NCBI GenBank assembly: GCA_963754385.1
Contig: CAVWGE010000004.1
Span: 118,780 to 182,779, forward strand
Direction of reading: 5' to 3'
From: an uncultured Chloroflexia bacterium
GTDB lineage: Bacteria > Chloroflexota > Dehalococcoidia > GIF9 > UBA5629
DNA length: 64,000 nt
Within the stretch, counting starts at the first letter, position 1. Every line of letters begins with the position of its first letter. The position numbers and the translations under genes were made by a program. Below are positions 1 through 10,393 of this stretch, piece after piece. The notes under the pieces were generated by a model. It ran no database searches. It was not told the origin of the DNA and saw only the letters and a program-made list of their open reading frames with translations.

Positions 1-120
1 TCTCTAATAGTGGTTGGCATTTTCTTGGGCGTCATCTTGAGTTCCTACTTGGTTTGATCTTACTGTTTGAAACTAGTATATCAAACAGGTTAAAAATAGC
101 AATTGGGAGTAGTGCTTAAT

Positions 121-2724
121 TTACCTACCGCAGCAGTGTTTATATTTCTTGCCTGAGCCGCAGGGGCAGGGGTCGTTGCGGCCGACTTTTCTGCCGGTGG
201 GGACAGCCACTTTCTGAGGCTGTCTTTGGGCTGGGGCTTCTTTTTTGGCGAGGCTGACTTTGTATATGGTGTACACGACGTCGTGTTCTATGCTGGCGGT
301 TAGGCTCTGGAACAGGGCGTGGCCTTCTTTCTTGTAGGCTACTATAGGGTCGATTTGCCGTGCAGCATAAAGGCCGGCCTGCTGTCGCAGATGGTCCATC
401 TCGGTGAGATGGTCTTTCCATAGGCTGTCGATGGCTCGCAGCATGACCAGTCTCTCCAGTAGCCGCATATTCTCAGCACCTATTTCTTTTTCACGCTGCT
501 CGTACAGTTGCTCGGCGTACTCAATCAACTTCTCGGTGATTTCTTTTGAACTCATCTTGGAGAGTGCCTGAGAATTTATCTGAGGTGGTAATGGGAATAT
601 TGTTGCTAGCTCTTCGATTAAGCCGGTGAAGTCCGGCTCTATAAGGTCACGGCTGCAACTGGCGGAAACCAGTTTTTCGATTTCGTCCCTAACCATGGGC
701 AGGATGTTTGCCTTGAGGTCAGCACCTTCCAGGATTTTCCTTCGCTCGGCGTAGATTACCTCGCGGTGCTTGTTGACTACATCGTCATAATCAACGAGGT
801 GTTTGCGGATGTCGAAGTGATAGCCTTCAACCTTGACCTGGGCATTTTCTATGGATTTGCTGACCATGGAATGCTCGATGGGCGTGTTTTCATCGAAGCC
901 GGCCCAGTCCATGAAGCCTTTGACACGGTCGCCGCCGAAGCGGCGGACGACATCGTCTTCGAGTGAGACATAGAAGCGGGAGCTGCCGGGGTCGCCCTGT
1001 CTTCCGGAGCGGCCACGTAGCTGGTTATCGATGCGCCTGGCTTCATGACGCTCGGTGCCGATGACGTGCAAGCCACCAAGCTCGATTACTTTGTCGTGCT
1101 GTTGCTGCCATTCCTTCCTGTCGCGGTCAGCAGGATTGCCGCCGAGGATGATATCGACGCCGCGCCCGGCCATGTTGGTGGCAACGGTTACAGCTCCTGT
1201 GCGTCCAGCCTGAGCTATGATAGCAGCTTCCTTTTCATGATTTTTGGCGTTGAGCACCTGGTGAGGTATGCCTCTCCTTTTGAGCAGGTCACTCAAACGC
1301 TCCGACTTCTCGATGGAGACGGTGCCTATAAGCACTGGTGTACCTTGCTGATGGAAAGTCTCGATTTCTCTGGCTACAGCCTTGAATTTGGTCTCCTCGT
1401 CCTTATAAATCTGGTCTGGGTTGTCGATGCGAATCATATCTTTGTTGGTGGGGATGACGTCGACTTCAAGCTTGTAAATCTTGTGAAATTCCTCGGCTTC
1501 GGTGGCGGCAGTGCCGGTCATGCCGGCAAGTTTCTTATAGAGACGGAAATAGTTCTGGAATGTTATGGTGGCTAGGGTTACGCTCTCCCGCTGGATTTTT
1601 ACTCTTTCCTTGGCTTCGATGGCCTGGTGCAGCCCCTCAGAGTACCTGCGGCCGAACATGAGCCGGCCGGTGAACTCATCAACGATAACGACCTGCCCAT
1701 CTTTGACTATGTAATCACGGTCTTTCTCGAACAGCACTTTGGCTTTCAGGGCATTCTCCAGGTATTGAGTCAAACTGTAGTTAGCCGGGTCATAGAGGCT
1801 GGGGGCTTTGAGCAAGCCGTCCCGGCGCAGCCATTTTTCCATCTTGGTCATGCCGGAATCGGTGAGGTAGGTCTGGCGTTCCTTTTCTTCAACTGTGTAG
1901 TCTTCATCTTTCTTGAGTTGAGGCACCAGGCGGGCAAAGATATTGTATTTTTCGGTGGCTTCTTCAGCAGTACCGCTGATTATGAGCGGTGTGCGGGCTT
2001 CATCGATGAGTATGTTGTCCACCTCGTCGACTATGGCGTAGTTTAGGGTACGCTGGACGCATTGGGAGAGGTCTATAGCCATGTTATCTCTGAGGTAGTC
2101 GAAGCCGAATTCGTTGTTGGTGCCGTAGGTAATGTCGGCTTGATAGGCCTGCTGGCGGCTGACGGGTCGGAAATGGGGCCAGCGGGTGTCCTTTTCATCG
2201 GTGTAGTCGGGGTCATAGAGACGGGCTGGCAGGTGCTCATCTGGATTTTGCGGTGGATAGATGCTGGCGACGGTTAAGCCGAGAGCATGATATATGGGCC
2301 CCATCCAGTAGGCATCACGACGTGCCAGGTAGTCGTTTACAGTAACGAGATGGCAGCCATCGCCGATGAGGGCATTTAGATATAGAGGCAGTGTAGCGAC
2401 TAAGGTTTTGCCCTCGCCGGTTTTCATCTCGGTGATTTTGCCATGGTGGAGGACAATGCCGCCTATAAGCTGGACATCGAAGTGGCGCTCGCCTATGGTG
2501 CGCCTGGCGGCTTCTCTGGCAGCGGCAAAGGCTTCAGGCAATATATCATCCAGCGTCTCGCCGTTTTTCAGCCGGGCTTTGAACTCGTCGGTCTTGGCAC
2601 GAAGCTCAGCATCGCTGAGCTTCTGGAATTCAGGTTCTAGCGAATTTATCTGAGCCACAATAGGCTCAAGACGCTTCAGTTCTTTTTCGTTGGAATCAAC
2701 AAGGCTACCGAGCCACTTAAGCAT
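121..2724 (-). CDS. secA: Preprotein translocase ATPase SecA
   Basis: 867-aa ORF with DEAD-like motor motifs and the C-terminal zinc-binding tail [15 protein letters not shown] typical of SecA. Confidence 0.95.
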   Translation of the reverse strand: MLKWLGSLVDSNEKELKRLEPIVAQINSLEPEFQKLSDAELRAKTDEFKARLKNGETLDDILPEAFAAAREAARRTIGERHFDVQLIGGIVLHHGKITEMKTGEGKTLVATLPLYLNALIGDGCHLVTVNDYLARRDAYWMGPIYHALGLTVASIYPPQNPDEHLPARLYDPDYTDEKDTRWPHFRPVSRQQAYQADITYGTNNEFGFDYLRDNMAIDLSQCVQRTLNYAIVDEVDNILIDEARTPLIISGTAEEATEKYNIFARLVPQLKKDEDYTVEEKERQTYLTDSGMTKMEKWLRRDGLLKAPSLYDPANYSLTQYLENALKAKVLFEKDRDYIVKDGQVVIVDEFTGRLMFGRRYSEGLHQAIEAKERVKIQRESVTLATITFQNYFRLYKKLAGMTGTAATEAEEFHKIYKLEVDVIPTNKDMIRIDNPDQIYKDEETKFKAVAREIETFHQQGTPVLIGTVSIEKSERLSDLLKRRGIPHQVLNAKNHEKEAAIIAQAGRTGAVTVATNMAGRGVDIILGGNPADRDRKEWQQQHDKVIELGGLHVIGTERHEARRIDNQLRGRSGRQGDPGSSRFYVSLEDDVVRRFGGDRVKGFMDWAGFDENTPIEHSMVSKSIENAQVKVEGYHFDIRKHLVDYDDVVNKHREVIYAERRKILEGADLKANILPMVRDEIEKLVSASCSRDLIEPDFTGLIEELATIFPLPPQINSQALSKMSSKEITEKLIEYAEQLYEQREKEIGAENMRLLERLVMLRAIDSLWKDHLTEMDHLRQQAGLYAARQIDPIVAYKKEGHALFQSLTASIEHDVVYTIYKVSLAKKEAPAQRQPQKVAVPTGRKVGRNDPCPCGSGKKYKHCCGR

Positions 2725-2731
2725 AATTTTT

Positions 2732-3670
2732 CTACTCGAACATGGCGCCTATAGAGAGGCCGGTGTGAATGCGGTGTATGGCTTCGCCTAGGAGCGGAGC
2801 TATGGGCAGGACAGTTATCTTGTCCAGTCTCTTCTTTTTGTCAAGGGGGATGGTGTCGGTGACGACCACTTCTTTAATGGGTGATTTGGCTATTCGCTCT
2901 ATAGCTGGTCCGGATAATATGGGGTGTGTGCAGCAGGCGTAGACTTCAGTGGCACCGTGCTCCAGAAGGGTATTGACGACGCCGATAAGCGAGCCAGCAG
3001 TATCGATTTCATCGTCGATAGTTAAGGCGCGCATGCCTTTGACTTCGCCGATGATGTTGAGGGTTTCAGTGATGTCGACATTGCCAATGCGCCTTTTTTC
3101 GATAATAGCCAGCGGAGCGTTGAGCTTAGCTGCCATATCACGGGCATGTGCGGATATGCCGATATCGGTGGCAACGACTACCAGATTGTCCAGTGTTTTC
3201 CCTTTCCAGTATTCGCTGAGGATGAAGAGGGCGGTAAGTTCGTCAACAGGTATGTTGAAGAAGCCCTGGATTTGGGCGGCGTGAAGGTCTATGGTTAACA
3301 GACGGTTGGCGCCGGCGGTGGTGAGCAGGTCAGCTATCAACCTGGCAGTGATGGGCACTCGAGGCTGGTCTTTCTTGTCGGTGCGGCCGTAGGCATAGTA
3401 AGGGATGACAGCGGTGATTCTACCGGCAGAGGCTCGCTTGAAGGCATCGATCATAATGAGGAGTTCGACCAGGTTCTTGTTGACGGGTGTGGAAAACGGT
3501 TGGATGACGAATACATCTCGTTCACGGACATTTTCCTGAACTCGGACGAAAATGTTCTCATTCTTGAATTCGAAGACCTCAGCTTTGCCCAGCGGTATGT
3601 TTAGGTATTCGCATATTGCCTTGGCTAGCATCGGGTGGGCATTGCCGGTGAAGACCTTGAGTTCATCCAT
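2732..3670 (-). CDS. prs: Ribose-phosphate pyrophosphokinase (PRPP synthetase)
   Basis: 312 aa, Prs family sequence ([14 protein letters not shown] region, PRPP-binding loop), 8 nt upstream of secA on the same strand. Confidence 0.9.
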   Translation of the reverse strand: MDELKVFTGNAHPMLAKAICEYLNIPLGKAEVFEFKNENIFVRVQENVRERDVFVIQPFSTPVNKNLVELLIMIDAFKRASAGRITAVIPYYAYGRTDKKDQPRVPITARLIADLLTTAGANRLLTIDLHAAQIQGFFNIPVDELTALFILSEYWKGKTLDNLVVVATDIGISAHARDMAAKLNAPLAIIEKRRIGNVDITETLNIIGEVKGMRALTIDDEIDTAGSLIGVVNTLLEHGATEVYACCTHPILSGPAIERIAKSPIKEVVVTDTIPLDKKKRLDKITVLPIAPLLGEAIHRIHTGLSIGAMFE

Positions 3671-3781
3671 TAGTCACACCTACCATTTCTAGTGAGTTAA
3701 TTATAACACCAAAGAGGTTATTGTGTCCTATCAGCTGAGTTTTAAGGGGTCTATTTTGTCACCCTGAACCTTTTGCTTTAT

Positions 3782-3895
3782 GTCATTCTGAAGGAGCGAA
3801 GCGACTGAAGAATCTCACTCTGGGTAAGCTCCGTGAAGGCTCTGGATTCTTCGCTTCGCTCAGAATGACAGGGGGAACGTCTCAGAATGACAAGG
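3782..3895. repeat. Long imperfect palindromic intergenic element (gtcattctga..cgaagcg..gaagaatc / gattcttcg..cgctcagaatgac)
   Basis: Read directly: two arms are near-perfect reverse complements and can form a hairpin of roughly 40 bp. A related copy lies at 32647-32768. Sits in the divergent prs/nth intergenic region. Confidence 0.5.
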
Positions 3896-4031
3896 AGAGA
3901 TGTAGGGATGGAGGCTGTGCCTGAAAATGTAGTGCCGACCTTAGGGTTGAGCTCCCGAGGCTAAAGCCTCGGGACTACATGTTTAGTGTGTATTACTCTC
4001 CCGTCGAGGTAGAGGGAATGAGGCTAAGTTT

Positions 4032-4739
4032 GTGTTGTATAATATTTTTGAGGTGGTTAGCGTGAGCGCTAGACAAATCCTTAAGCTGTTGAGCAAGGAG
4101 TACGGGGAGAAGCGATGGCGCCGGCGGCAGAGCCCGATAGAAGTACTTGTCCAGACGATTCTTTCTCAGAACACGTCGGATAGAAACTCCGGGCGAGCTT
4201 TTGAGCAGCTTCTGGCTTCTTTTGGTAGTTGGGAAGATATGGCTGATGCCAGCGTTGGTGAGATTTCTCATTCTATTAAAGCTGGCGGTCTGGGGGAAGT
4301 TAAAGCCAGGTATATCAAGCAATCGCTGGAGGAAATACGGGGAAGGCAAGGCGGGTTCGAGCTAGACTTTTTGCGAAAGCTGCCTGTAGATGAAGCCAGG
4401 GACTGGCTAAGGCAGTTGTCCGGTGTAGGGATGAAGACAGCTAGCGTTGTTTTGCTTTTCTCGCTGGGTATGCCAGCTTTGCCGGTAGATACGCATGTTT
4501 CCCGTCTAGCTAAAAGGTTGGGGTTGATTGATTCTAAGGTTTCTGCGGAGAAAGCACACAAGCGGCTTGAGGGACTTGTGCCGCTTAAAGATATCTATCA
4601 GTTTCATGTTTTGTTGATAGAGCATGGCAGAAAGGTATGTAAAGCTCAGCGACCTCGCTGTAGGGAGTGTGTGTTAGGTAGATTGTGTCCTAGCTATGAG
4701 AAGTTTGTGGGGCAGAAGTGGAGTGGACAGGCAATCTAA
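4032..4739 (+). CDS. nth: Endonuclease III (DNA glycosylase/AP lyase)
   Basis: HhH-GPD fold sequence (LVQTILSQNTSD, LPGVGMKTASVVL) and a C-terminal 4Cys FeS loop (CKAQRPRCRECVLGRLC). The true start may be slightly downstream. Confidence 0.85.
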   Translation: MLYNIFEVVSVSARQILKLLSKEYGEKRWRRRQSPIEVLVQTILSQNTSDRNSGRAFEQLLASFGSWEDMADASVGEISHSIKAGGLGEVKARYIKQSLEEIRGRQGGFELDFLRKLPVDEARDWLRQLSGVGMKTASVVLLFSLGMPALPVDTHVSRLAKRLGLIDSKVSAEKAHKRLEGLVPLKDIYQFHVLLIEHGRKVCKAQRPRCRECVLGRLCPSYEKFVGQKWSGQAI

Positions 4740-6132
4740 CCACGAACTCTGTACCCTTGCCCAATGTGCTTTTTGCCATGATGTCGCCCCCATGAGCCAG
4801 GACTATCTGTCTGGCGATAGCCAGGCCCAAGCCAGCGCCAGCTTTGCCTGCCGAAGGGTCGGCCCGGTAGAAGCGTTCAAAGACATGCCGCAATTGCTCG
4901 CCAGGTATACCTGGTCCGGTATCAGTTACGACAATTTCGACGAAGCTGGGTTGTGGGTGTCGGGCGACGATGCTTACCTTGCCTCCGGAAGGGGTATGTT
5001 TCAAGGCATTGTCGAGCAAGTTGCTGAAGACCTGCTCCAAGCGGTCGATATCACCGGTGACAGGCGGCAAAGGCTCAATGTCTGTTCTCAGTTGTATGTT
5101 TTTTTCTTCTGCCCGAATTAGGAAAATCTCATGACACTGCTGCAGAAGGTCTTTCAAATCTACAGACTCCTTAACCATCGTGATCTGGCCTGATTCAAGT
5201 CTGGAAAACTCGAGCAGTTCCTCCACAAGCCGCATCATGCGCTTGGACTCGTCCTCAATGACACTAGCAGCTTTAAGTCGGGCCTTTTTATCTTTGGCAG
5301 TTCCATCGACTATAGCCTGGGCAAATCCCTTGATGGAGGTGAGTGGGCTTCTTAGCTCGTGGGAGGCATCAGCTACGAAGTCGCGCAGCATTTGCTGCGA
5401 GCTTTTTACCTGCTTTGCCATCTGGTTAAAGCTTGTGGCCAGACCTTTGACCTCTTTAGGGCCGGCCACTGGAACCTCTTGTTCATAGTTACCGCGGGCT
5501 ATTTCTTCGGCGGCGTTTGTAACGCGTCGGATAGGAACATACATGGAGCGAGCCAGGAGAATGGCTATAAGTATGGAGACGGCTAAGGCGGCAAGTCCTG
5601 CCCAGAGGAAAGGTTTAGCAAAGTCAACCCAAATGGCTAGAGCCTCCCGGCGAGGTATAGCCAGAACCAGAGTTTCTGGGGGGGTGGAGGGGTCTGGAGG
5701 TCTGAACAATCCGACAATGGGGTGGGCGACGAATATAAATCTTTCTCCACTAGGTGTGACGTAGATTCCGACATAAGGTGTTGGCATGCCGGGGGGTGGT
5801 TTTTCAATTTCCAGCTTTGAGGGTGGTATCCAGGAACTATCCTCGGGGATTGCCTGTCTGATAATGACATCTTGAGCGTCCAGTAGAAAGATGTACGTGC
5901 CCGTTTCCTGTGACATCTCCTCCAGATTGGTCCATGCTTGGTTCAGGGAAACTTGACCTCTGGCTGCTGCTCTAAACTGGACGTAGATGGGCAGGGCAGT
6001 GTCGGCCAGGCGTGCCATTGCCAGTCTGTTGAGCTGGTCACCGAGCAGAACTATCAGGGAAACGGCGACTATGCTTAGACATAAGACGATGATTAAAATG
6101 TAGGTGAGAATAAGGCGTGTACGCAGGCTCAT
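4690..6132 (-). CDS. Sensor histidine kinase (HAMP-HisKA-HATPase)
   Basis: N-terminal TM segment, H-box (ADASHELRSPLTSI) and G-boxes (TDTGPGIP, GLGLAIARQIV). The 3' end overlaps nth convergently by 50 nt. Confidence 0.85.
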   Translation of the reverse strand: MSLRTRLILTYILIIVLCLSIVAVSLIVLLGDQLNRLAMARLADTALPIYVQFRAAARGQVSLNQAWTNLEEMSQETGTYIFLLDAQDVIIRQAIPEDSSWIPPSKLEIEKPPPGMPTPYVGIYVTPSGERFIFVAHPIVGLFRPPDPSTPPETLVLAIPRREALAIWVDFAKPFLWAGLAALAVSILIAILLARSMYVPIRRVTNAAEEIARGNYEQEVPVAGPKEVKGLATSFNQMAKQVKSSQQMLRDFVADASHELRSPLTSIKGFAQAIVDGTAKDKKARLKAASVIEDESKRMMRLVEELLEFSRLESGQITMVKESVDLKDLLQQCHEIFLIRAEEKNIQLRTDIEPLPPVTGDIDRLEQVFSNLLDNALKHTPSGGKVSIVARHPQPSFVEIVVTDTGPGIPGEQLRHVFERFYRADPSAGKAGAGLGLAIARQIVLAHGGDIMAKSTLGKGTEFVVRLPVHSTSAPQTSHS

Positions 6133-6182
6133 ATAAACCTCTATTTATAGAACGGCTTTTTCTGTGACTAGAAACTCCGTTC

Positions 6183-6872
6183 TCAGCCGCTTAGTGTTCG
6201 TGATTTCAATGTCATCTTGTAGCCTATACCTCGGACTGTTTCTATTGAGGCGTTTGCTCCGCTCAATTTGTCCCGAAGGTGGTTGATATGGATGTCGACG
6301 GTTCTCGTTTCGCCATAGTAATCAGTTTCCCAAACTATCTCCAGGAGTCGGTCTCGGGTCAGGACGACACCCAGGTTTTGAGCCAAGGTTGCCAGCAGGT
6401 CGAACTCTTTAGTTCGTAGCTTAAGTGGCTGGCTATCTATAGCTGCCTCACGGCGAGCGAGGTCAATTTGTAGATTACCAACTTCTATGATCTGGCTGGG
6501 CTTGAGTCCGGACTTGTAACGGCGGAGAATCGCCTTGACTCTGGCTACCATCTCTCTAGGATTGAACGGTTTTGTCAGGTAATCATCAGCTCCCAGCTCA
6601 AGCCCGACTATTTTGTCCACGTCTTCTTTTCGGGCGGTAAGCATCAGGATGGGGACATCGCTTTTTTTGCGTATCTGCCGGCATATCTCAAAGCCATCTA
6701 TGTCAGGTAGCATTAAATCGAGGACGATGAGCGACGGCTTAGCCGAGCTAAGTTTTGAAAGGGCATCATTACCAGTACCAACTCCTTCTACCTGGTATCC
6801 TTCTTGCTCAAGGTAGAGCTTGGCGAGTTCTAAAATGTTCGCTTCATCATCGACGACCAGTATAGTTGTCAT
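6183..6872 (-). CDS. OmpR-family response regulator
   Basis: REC domain (ILVVDDE..D..LPDIDG) plus winged-helix trans_reg_C domain. Start placed at the internal Met of MTTILVVDDE; the ORF track extends to 6905. Confidence 0.85.
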   Translation of the reverse strand: MTTILVVDDEANILELAKLYLEQEGYQVEGVGTGNDALSKLSSAKPSLIVLDLMLPDIDGFEICRQIRKKSDVPILMLTARKEDVDKIVGLELGADDYLTKPFNPREMVARVKAILRRYKSGLKPSQIIEVGNLQIDLARREAAIDSQPLKLRTKEFDLLATLAQNLGVVLTRDRLLEIVWETDYYGETRTVDIHINHLRDKLSGANASIETVRGIGYKMTLKSRTLSG

Positions 6873-7028
6873 GACTTGCCTCGATAGTAACTTTGTAGTC
6901 TTCATTATTATATCTTAAAGTGTTTTGCTATGCTTACAGTTTTAAAGAAGGCAAGCCAGTCATAGCCTGGCTTGCCTTCTTTGTACACTCACACTATTTG
7001 TGTACTGTTGGACGTTGTCGTGGTCTCA

Positions 7029-8018
7029 TTACTGTGGTTCCATTGGTTCCCGTGGACCCATTGGCCCAATTTTTGGAACGTCTGGTCTGGCTTTTATCCA
7101 GGCTTTGTACTCATCTGCCTGCTGCTGGGTCCATGTGCCCTGATTTATCAGCTCTTGAAGTCTGGTGCCCAAAGATTTCTCACGCAATTCACCTTGGGCC
7201 TGCTTGAAGGCATTTTCAAGGTCTTCCTTGTTGATGTTAAGAATTTCGGCGACGCGTGCTGCCAAGGCATCGCGGTGCTCTTGGAGTTTAGCTACCCCAT
7301 TCTGGCGTAGTTCGGGACGAATTTTCGGCATATCAGGCTTTGATTCTAGCCATGCCTTGTACGCATCTGCCTGCGCTTGAGTTAGCTTGCCCTCATCCAG
7401 CAACTGCTTGAGTTGTCTGGGGCCAACCTTTGGTATATCCGCCGGTCTTGACTCCATCCAGGCTTTGTACTCATCTGCCTGCTGCTGAGTGATTATGCCT
7501 TCCTTTACAAGCCGCTCACCCATTGTTGGCATAATCTCTGGGATATCTGGCTTTGCCTCCATCCATGTCTTAAGCTGGTCTACCTGCTCTTGAGTTATGA
7601 TGCCGTTGTCCAGCGCCTCCTCAAGTTGTCCTGGGGGAACCATTGGGACATCCGGCTTGGCTTCCATCCATGCTTTAAGCTCGTTTGCCTGCTCCTGGGT
7701 CAATGTGCCCTCAGCTATTAATTCTTGAAGCCTGGCATTGAGAGTTTCCTCCCGCGATTCCGTTTGAGCTTGCTTGAGGGCATTCTCAAGCTCCTGCTGG
7801 TCAATACCCAGTATCTCGGCGACTCGAGCTATTAGGGTGCCTTGGCGTTCTGGAGTTTTGCCTTCTTGAGCCAGTGCTATAACTGGTATGCTGGCGATGA
7901 GCATTACGGCCACCAATATGGTGGCAAGAACGATCTTCTGGATTTTTTTCAATTTTTTGGACCTACTTTCTTTTGACTGGAAGCTAACTCCAGACCATGT
8001 AGGGGGTTCTGTGCCCAC
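7029..8018 (-). CDS. Membrane-anchored or secreted tandem-repeat protein of unknown function
   Basis: N-terminal hydrophobic anchor (IVLATILVAVMLIASIPVIALA) followed by five copies of a roughly 40-aa motif (LTQEQANELKAWMEAKPDVP and variants). N- and C-halves are duplicated. First gene of a repeat protein-RR-HK arrangement on the minus strand. Confidence 0.6.
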   Translation of the reverse strand: MGTEPPTWSGVSFQSKESRSKKLKKIQKIVLATILVAVMLIASIPVIALAQEGKTPERQGTLIARVAEILGIDQQELENALKQAQTESREETLNARLQELIAEGTLTQEQANELKAWMEAKPDVPMVPPGQLEEALDNGIITQEQVDQLKTWMEAKPDIPEIMPTMGERLVKEGIITQQQADEYKAWMESRPADIPKVGPRQLKQLLDEGKLTQAQADAYKAWLESKPDMPKIRPELRQNGVAKLQEHRDALAARVAEILNINKEDLENAFKQAQGELREKSLGTRLQELINQGTWTQQQADEYKAWIKARPDVPKIGPMGPREPMEPQ

Positions 8019-8180
8019 TGTCTGGGTGTGTCCAGGGTCGTGGTATGTCCGAGGTCTGGGTTAACTTTCCAGTCTAATGTTAGTGTAGCAGTGAATTGTT
8101 GCCTCGGTTTTATCCTTGTGTAAAGTTTTGGTAAAAATTCTTTATAATCAGGTTTATCTAGTTGATTATGAGGCTGTTTT

Positions 8181-8471
8181 ATGAAGAGAACAACAAGGAA
8201 TTACATCCTGAATGCTATGTTCGGCTTGGTGCTGTTATTTCAGGGAGTTTCTGGCTTTATACTTTGGTTTGTTTTGCCTGGTGGAGGCTATAGGTATAGG
8301 GGAGGTTTAGATTTGGAAGAGGTAAGTTCCACCTTTTTGTTTGTGCGGTACACCTGGCTTGACATCCATAAGTGGGTAGCGATAGCTCTATTGGTCATCT
8401 TCGCACTGCATATCGTAACACACTGGCAGTGGATTGTCAGCATAACGAAGTTATACTTTAGGCAAGGCTAA
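8181..8471 (+). CDS. Small membrane protein (DUF4405-like)
   Basis: 96 aa with two or three predicted TM helices; the His-containing pattern resembles DUF4405. Confidence 0.5.
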   Translation: MKRTTRNYILNAMFGLVLLFQGVSGFILWFVLPGGGYRYRGGLDLEEVSSTFLFVRYTWLDIHKWVAIALLVIFALHIVTHWQWIVSITKLYFRQG

Positions 8472-8530
8472 ATCAAAGAGTAATTGGCAGTTCACTTGGA
8501 TAGCTTTTGATGGGGCCGTATGAATCTCGC

Positions 8531-9283
8531 CTATTTTTTAATACTGAAGGTGTAGGAGCAAGCCATAATCATAGCTGTGGCAAATAGCGCCAGTATAAGA
8601 AATTCGGCATAAATTGGTAGCAGCGAACCCGTCCCGCCGAAAGTACCCCAACGCAGAACATCGACGCCGTAGGTTAGTGGATTTACATAGCTGAAATCTC
8701 TTAGCCAACCTGGAGCCGAAGTTAAAGGGAAGAGCGCGCCGCTGGTGAAGAAAATGGGCATAATCACCAGGCTCATGATGAAGTTGAAGCCTTCCATACT
8801 GGTTATAAGTGAGGCGATAAGCAGTCCAATACATACCAGTCCGATTGAGATGAGGATCATAGTGGGAATTAGTATTGCGAATGATATTGGTGACATGTGT
8901 ATACCTACTAAAAATGAAAGCGGTAGCAGGATGGAGCCCTGGATGAGCGCGCTTGTTCCACTGCCTAGAGCTTTACCGATGACTATCGAGGTGCGAGAGA
9001 CGGGCGCTACAATAATCTCTTTGAAGAAACCGAATTCTCTGTCCCAAATCACGGAAATGCCCGAGAAGACGGATGTGAAGAGGAGGGTCATCCCGATTAT
9101 GCCCGGGAATATATAGGTTTGATAACTCTGTGTGCCGGACAATTCCATGCCCCGCATGCCGCTACCAAAAACTAGTAGCCAGAGTACGGGCAATATGAGT
9201 GAAGAAAAGATGCGTGATTTTTCGCGCCAGTATCTAATTACCTCCCGGTGCCACAATCCATAGATTTTCCTGAGCTCACTCAT
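8531..9283 (-). CDS. ABC-2 type transporter permease
   Basis: 250 aa with 6 predicted TM segments, translationally coupled (4-nt overlap) to the upstream ATPase. Confidence 0.8.
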   Translation of the reverse strand: MSELRKIYGLWHREVIRYWREKSRIFSSLILPVLWLLVFGSGMRGMELSGTQSYQTYIFPGIIGMTLLFTSVFSGISVIWDREFGFFKEIIVAPVSRTSIVIGKALGSGTSALIQGSILLPLSFLVGIHMSPISFAILIPTMILISIGLVCIGLLIASLITSMEGFNFIMSLVIMPIFFTSGALFPLTSAPGWLRDFSYVNPLTYGVDVLRWGTFGGTGSLLPIYAEFLILALFATAMIMACSYTFSIKK

Positions 9284-10347
9284 CTAGTTCGCCTCCTCAT
9301 TATCATGTGCTTTTTGAGCGTTGACTCCGCTTCTTCTGCTCTTATCTCTCGACCTGTGTAGTGAAGGAACACATCATTTAGAGTTGGGCGGTGGACGGAT
9401 ACAGAACTGACTTCTACCCCAATCTCGGCAGCGATTTTAATTAGTCTGGGTATGAGTTTTTCTGCATTTGCGACAGCCAATCTTATGGTATCTCTTGATG
9501 AGTCTATGTGAGAGGTTAGTTTTAGTTCGGTCAATCTGGTGGCAAGTTTTTTTGGTTGAGCCGTAGTAATGGTTATGACATCGCCTTTCAAAGCTGTCTT
9601 CAAATTGGCAGGGGTGTCAATGACTTTGATTTTACCGTAGTCGATGATAGCAACTCGATTGCAAAGCCGGTCAGCTTCTTCCATATAATGGGTGGTGATG
9701 ATGGTAGTGATTTCAGCTGTTCGGGCCAGGTTTTCGATGTATGTCCAGAGGTGCTCTCGTGTTTGAGGGTCCAAGCCCAGGGTGGGCTCGTCAAGAAAGA
9801 GTACCTTGGGGTGATGAAGTAAACCTCTAGCCAGTTCTAATCGTCTTCTCATCCCGCCGGAGTAGGTTTTCATAGCGGAATCAGCTCTATCTTCTAATTC
9901 CACCAGTTTCAAGACTTCTGCGATGCGTTTTTTGGCCAGCTCTGTGGGTATATCGTAAAGGCAGGCGTGAAGCTGTAGGTTTTCTCTGCCGGTGAGGCGA
10001 TCATCAATGCTCGGGTCTTGAAAAACGATGCCGATGCTGCGCCTGACATTGGCGGACTGCCTCGATATATCGAAGCCGTTTACTGTGGCGTTGCCTGAAG
10101 ACGGGTTTATTATGGTACAAAGCATGGAGATTATCGTTGTCTTGCCGGCACCGTTCGGGCCGAGCAGACCGAATACCTCACCGTAATCTATTGTGAGGTT
10201 CAGTTTATCTACAGCGACAAGGTCGCCGTATTTCTTGGTTAGCTCTCTGGTTTCAATGGCAAATTTCGTTCTCATTGGTTTTACCACGGGCTTTTGATTT
10301 AGACTAGTGAAGAGGTTCTTCTTGCTGGAGACCTGATTGGTTGGCAA
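9280..10347 (-). CDS. ABC transporter ATP-binding protein
   Basis: Walker A GPNGAGKTT, signature YSGGMRRRLELA, Walker B LFLDEPT. The true start is probably the internal Met (MRTKFAIETREL). Confidence 0.9.
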   Translation of the reverse strand: MPTNQVSSKKNLFTSLNQKPVVKPMRTKFAIETRELTKKYGDLVAVDKLNLTIDYGEVFGLLGPNGAGKTTIISMLCTIINPSSGNATVNGFDISRQSANVRRSIGIVFQDPSIDDRLTGRENLQLHACLYDIPTELAKKRIAEVLKLVELEDRADSAMKTYSGGMRRRLELARGLLHHPKVLFLDEPTLGLDPQTREHLWTYIENLARTAEITTIITTHYMEEADRLCNRVAIIDYGKIKVIDTPANLKTALKGDVITITTAQPKKLATRLTELKLTSHIDSSRDTIRLAVANAEKLIPRLIKIAAEIGVEVSSVSVHRPTLNDVFLHYTGREIRAEEAESTLKKHMIMRRRTR

Positions 10348-10393
10348 AACGCTTTCTGTTTCTGTTTTTAGAAGAAAGTCTCATTAGTAAGTT

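Noticed and set aside
140-2653. Several ORFs of 60-180 aa antisense to or overlapping secA (for example 140-421, 766-966, 1045-1575, 1627-2046)
   Set aside because: They are fully embedded in the well-supported secA reading frame on the opposite strand or in an alternate frame. They have no RBS and no family resemblance, so they are statistical ORFs.
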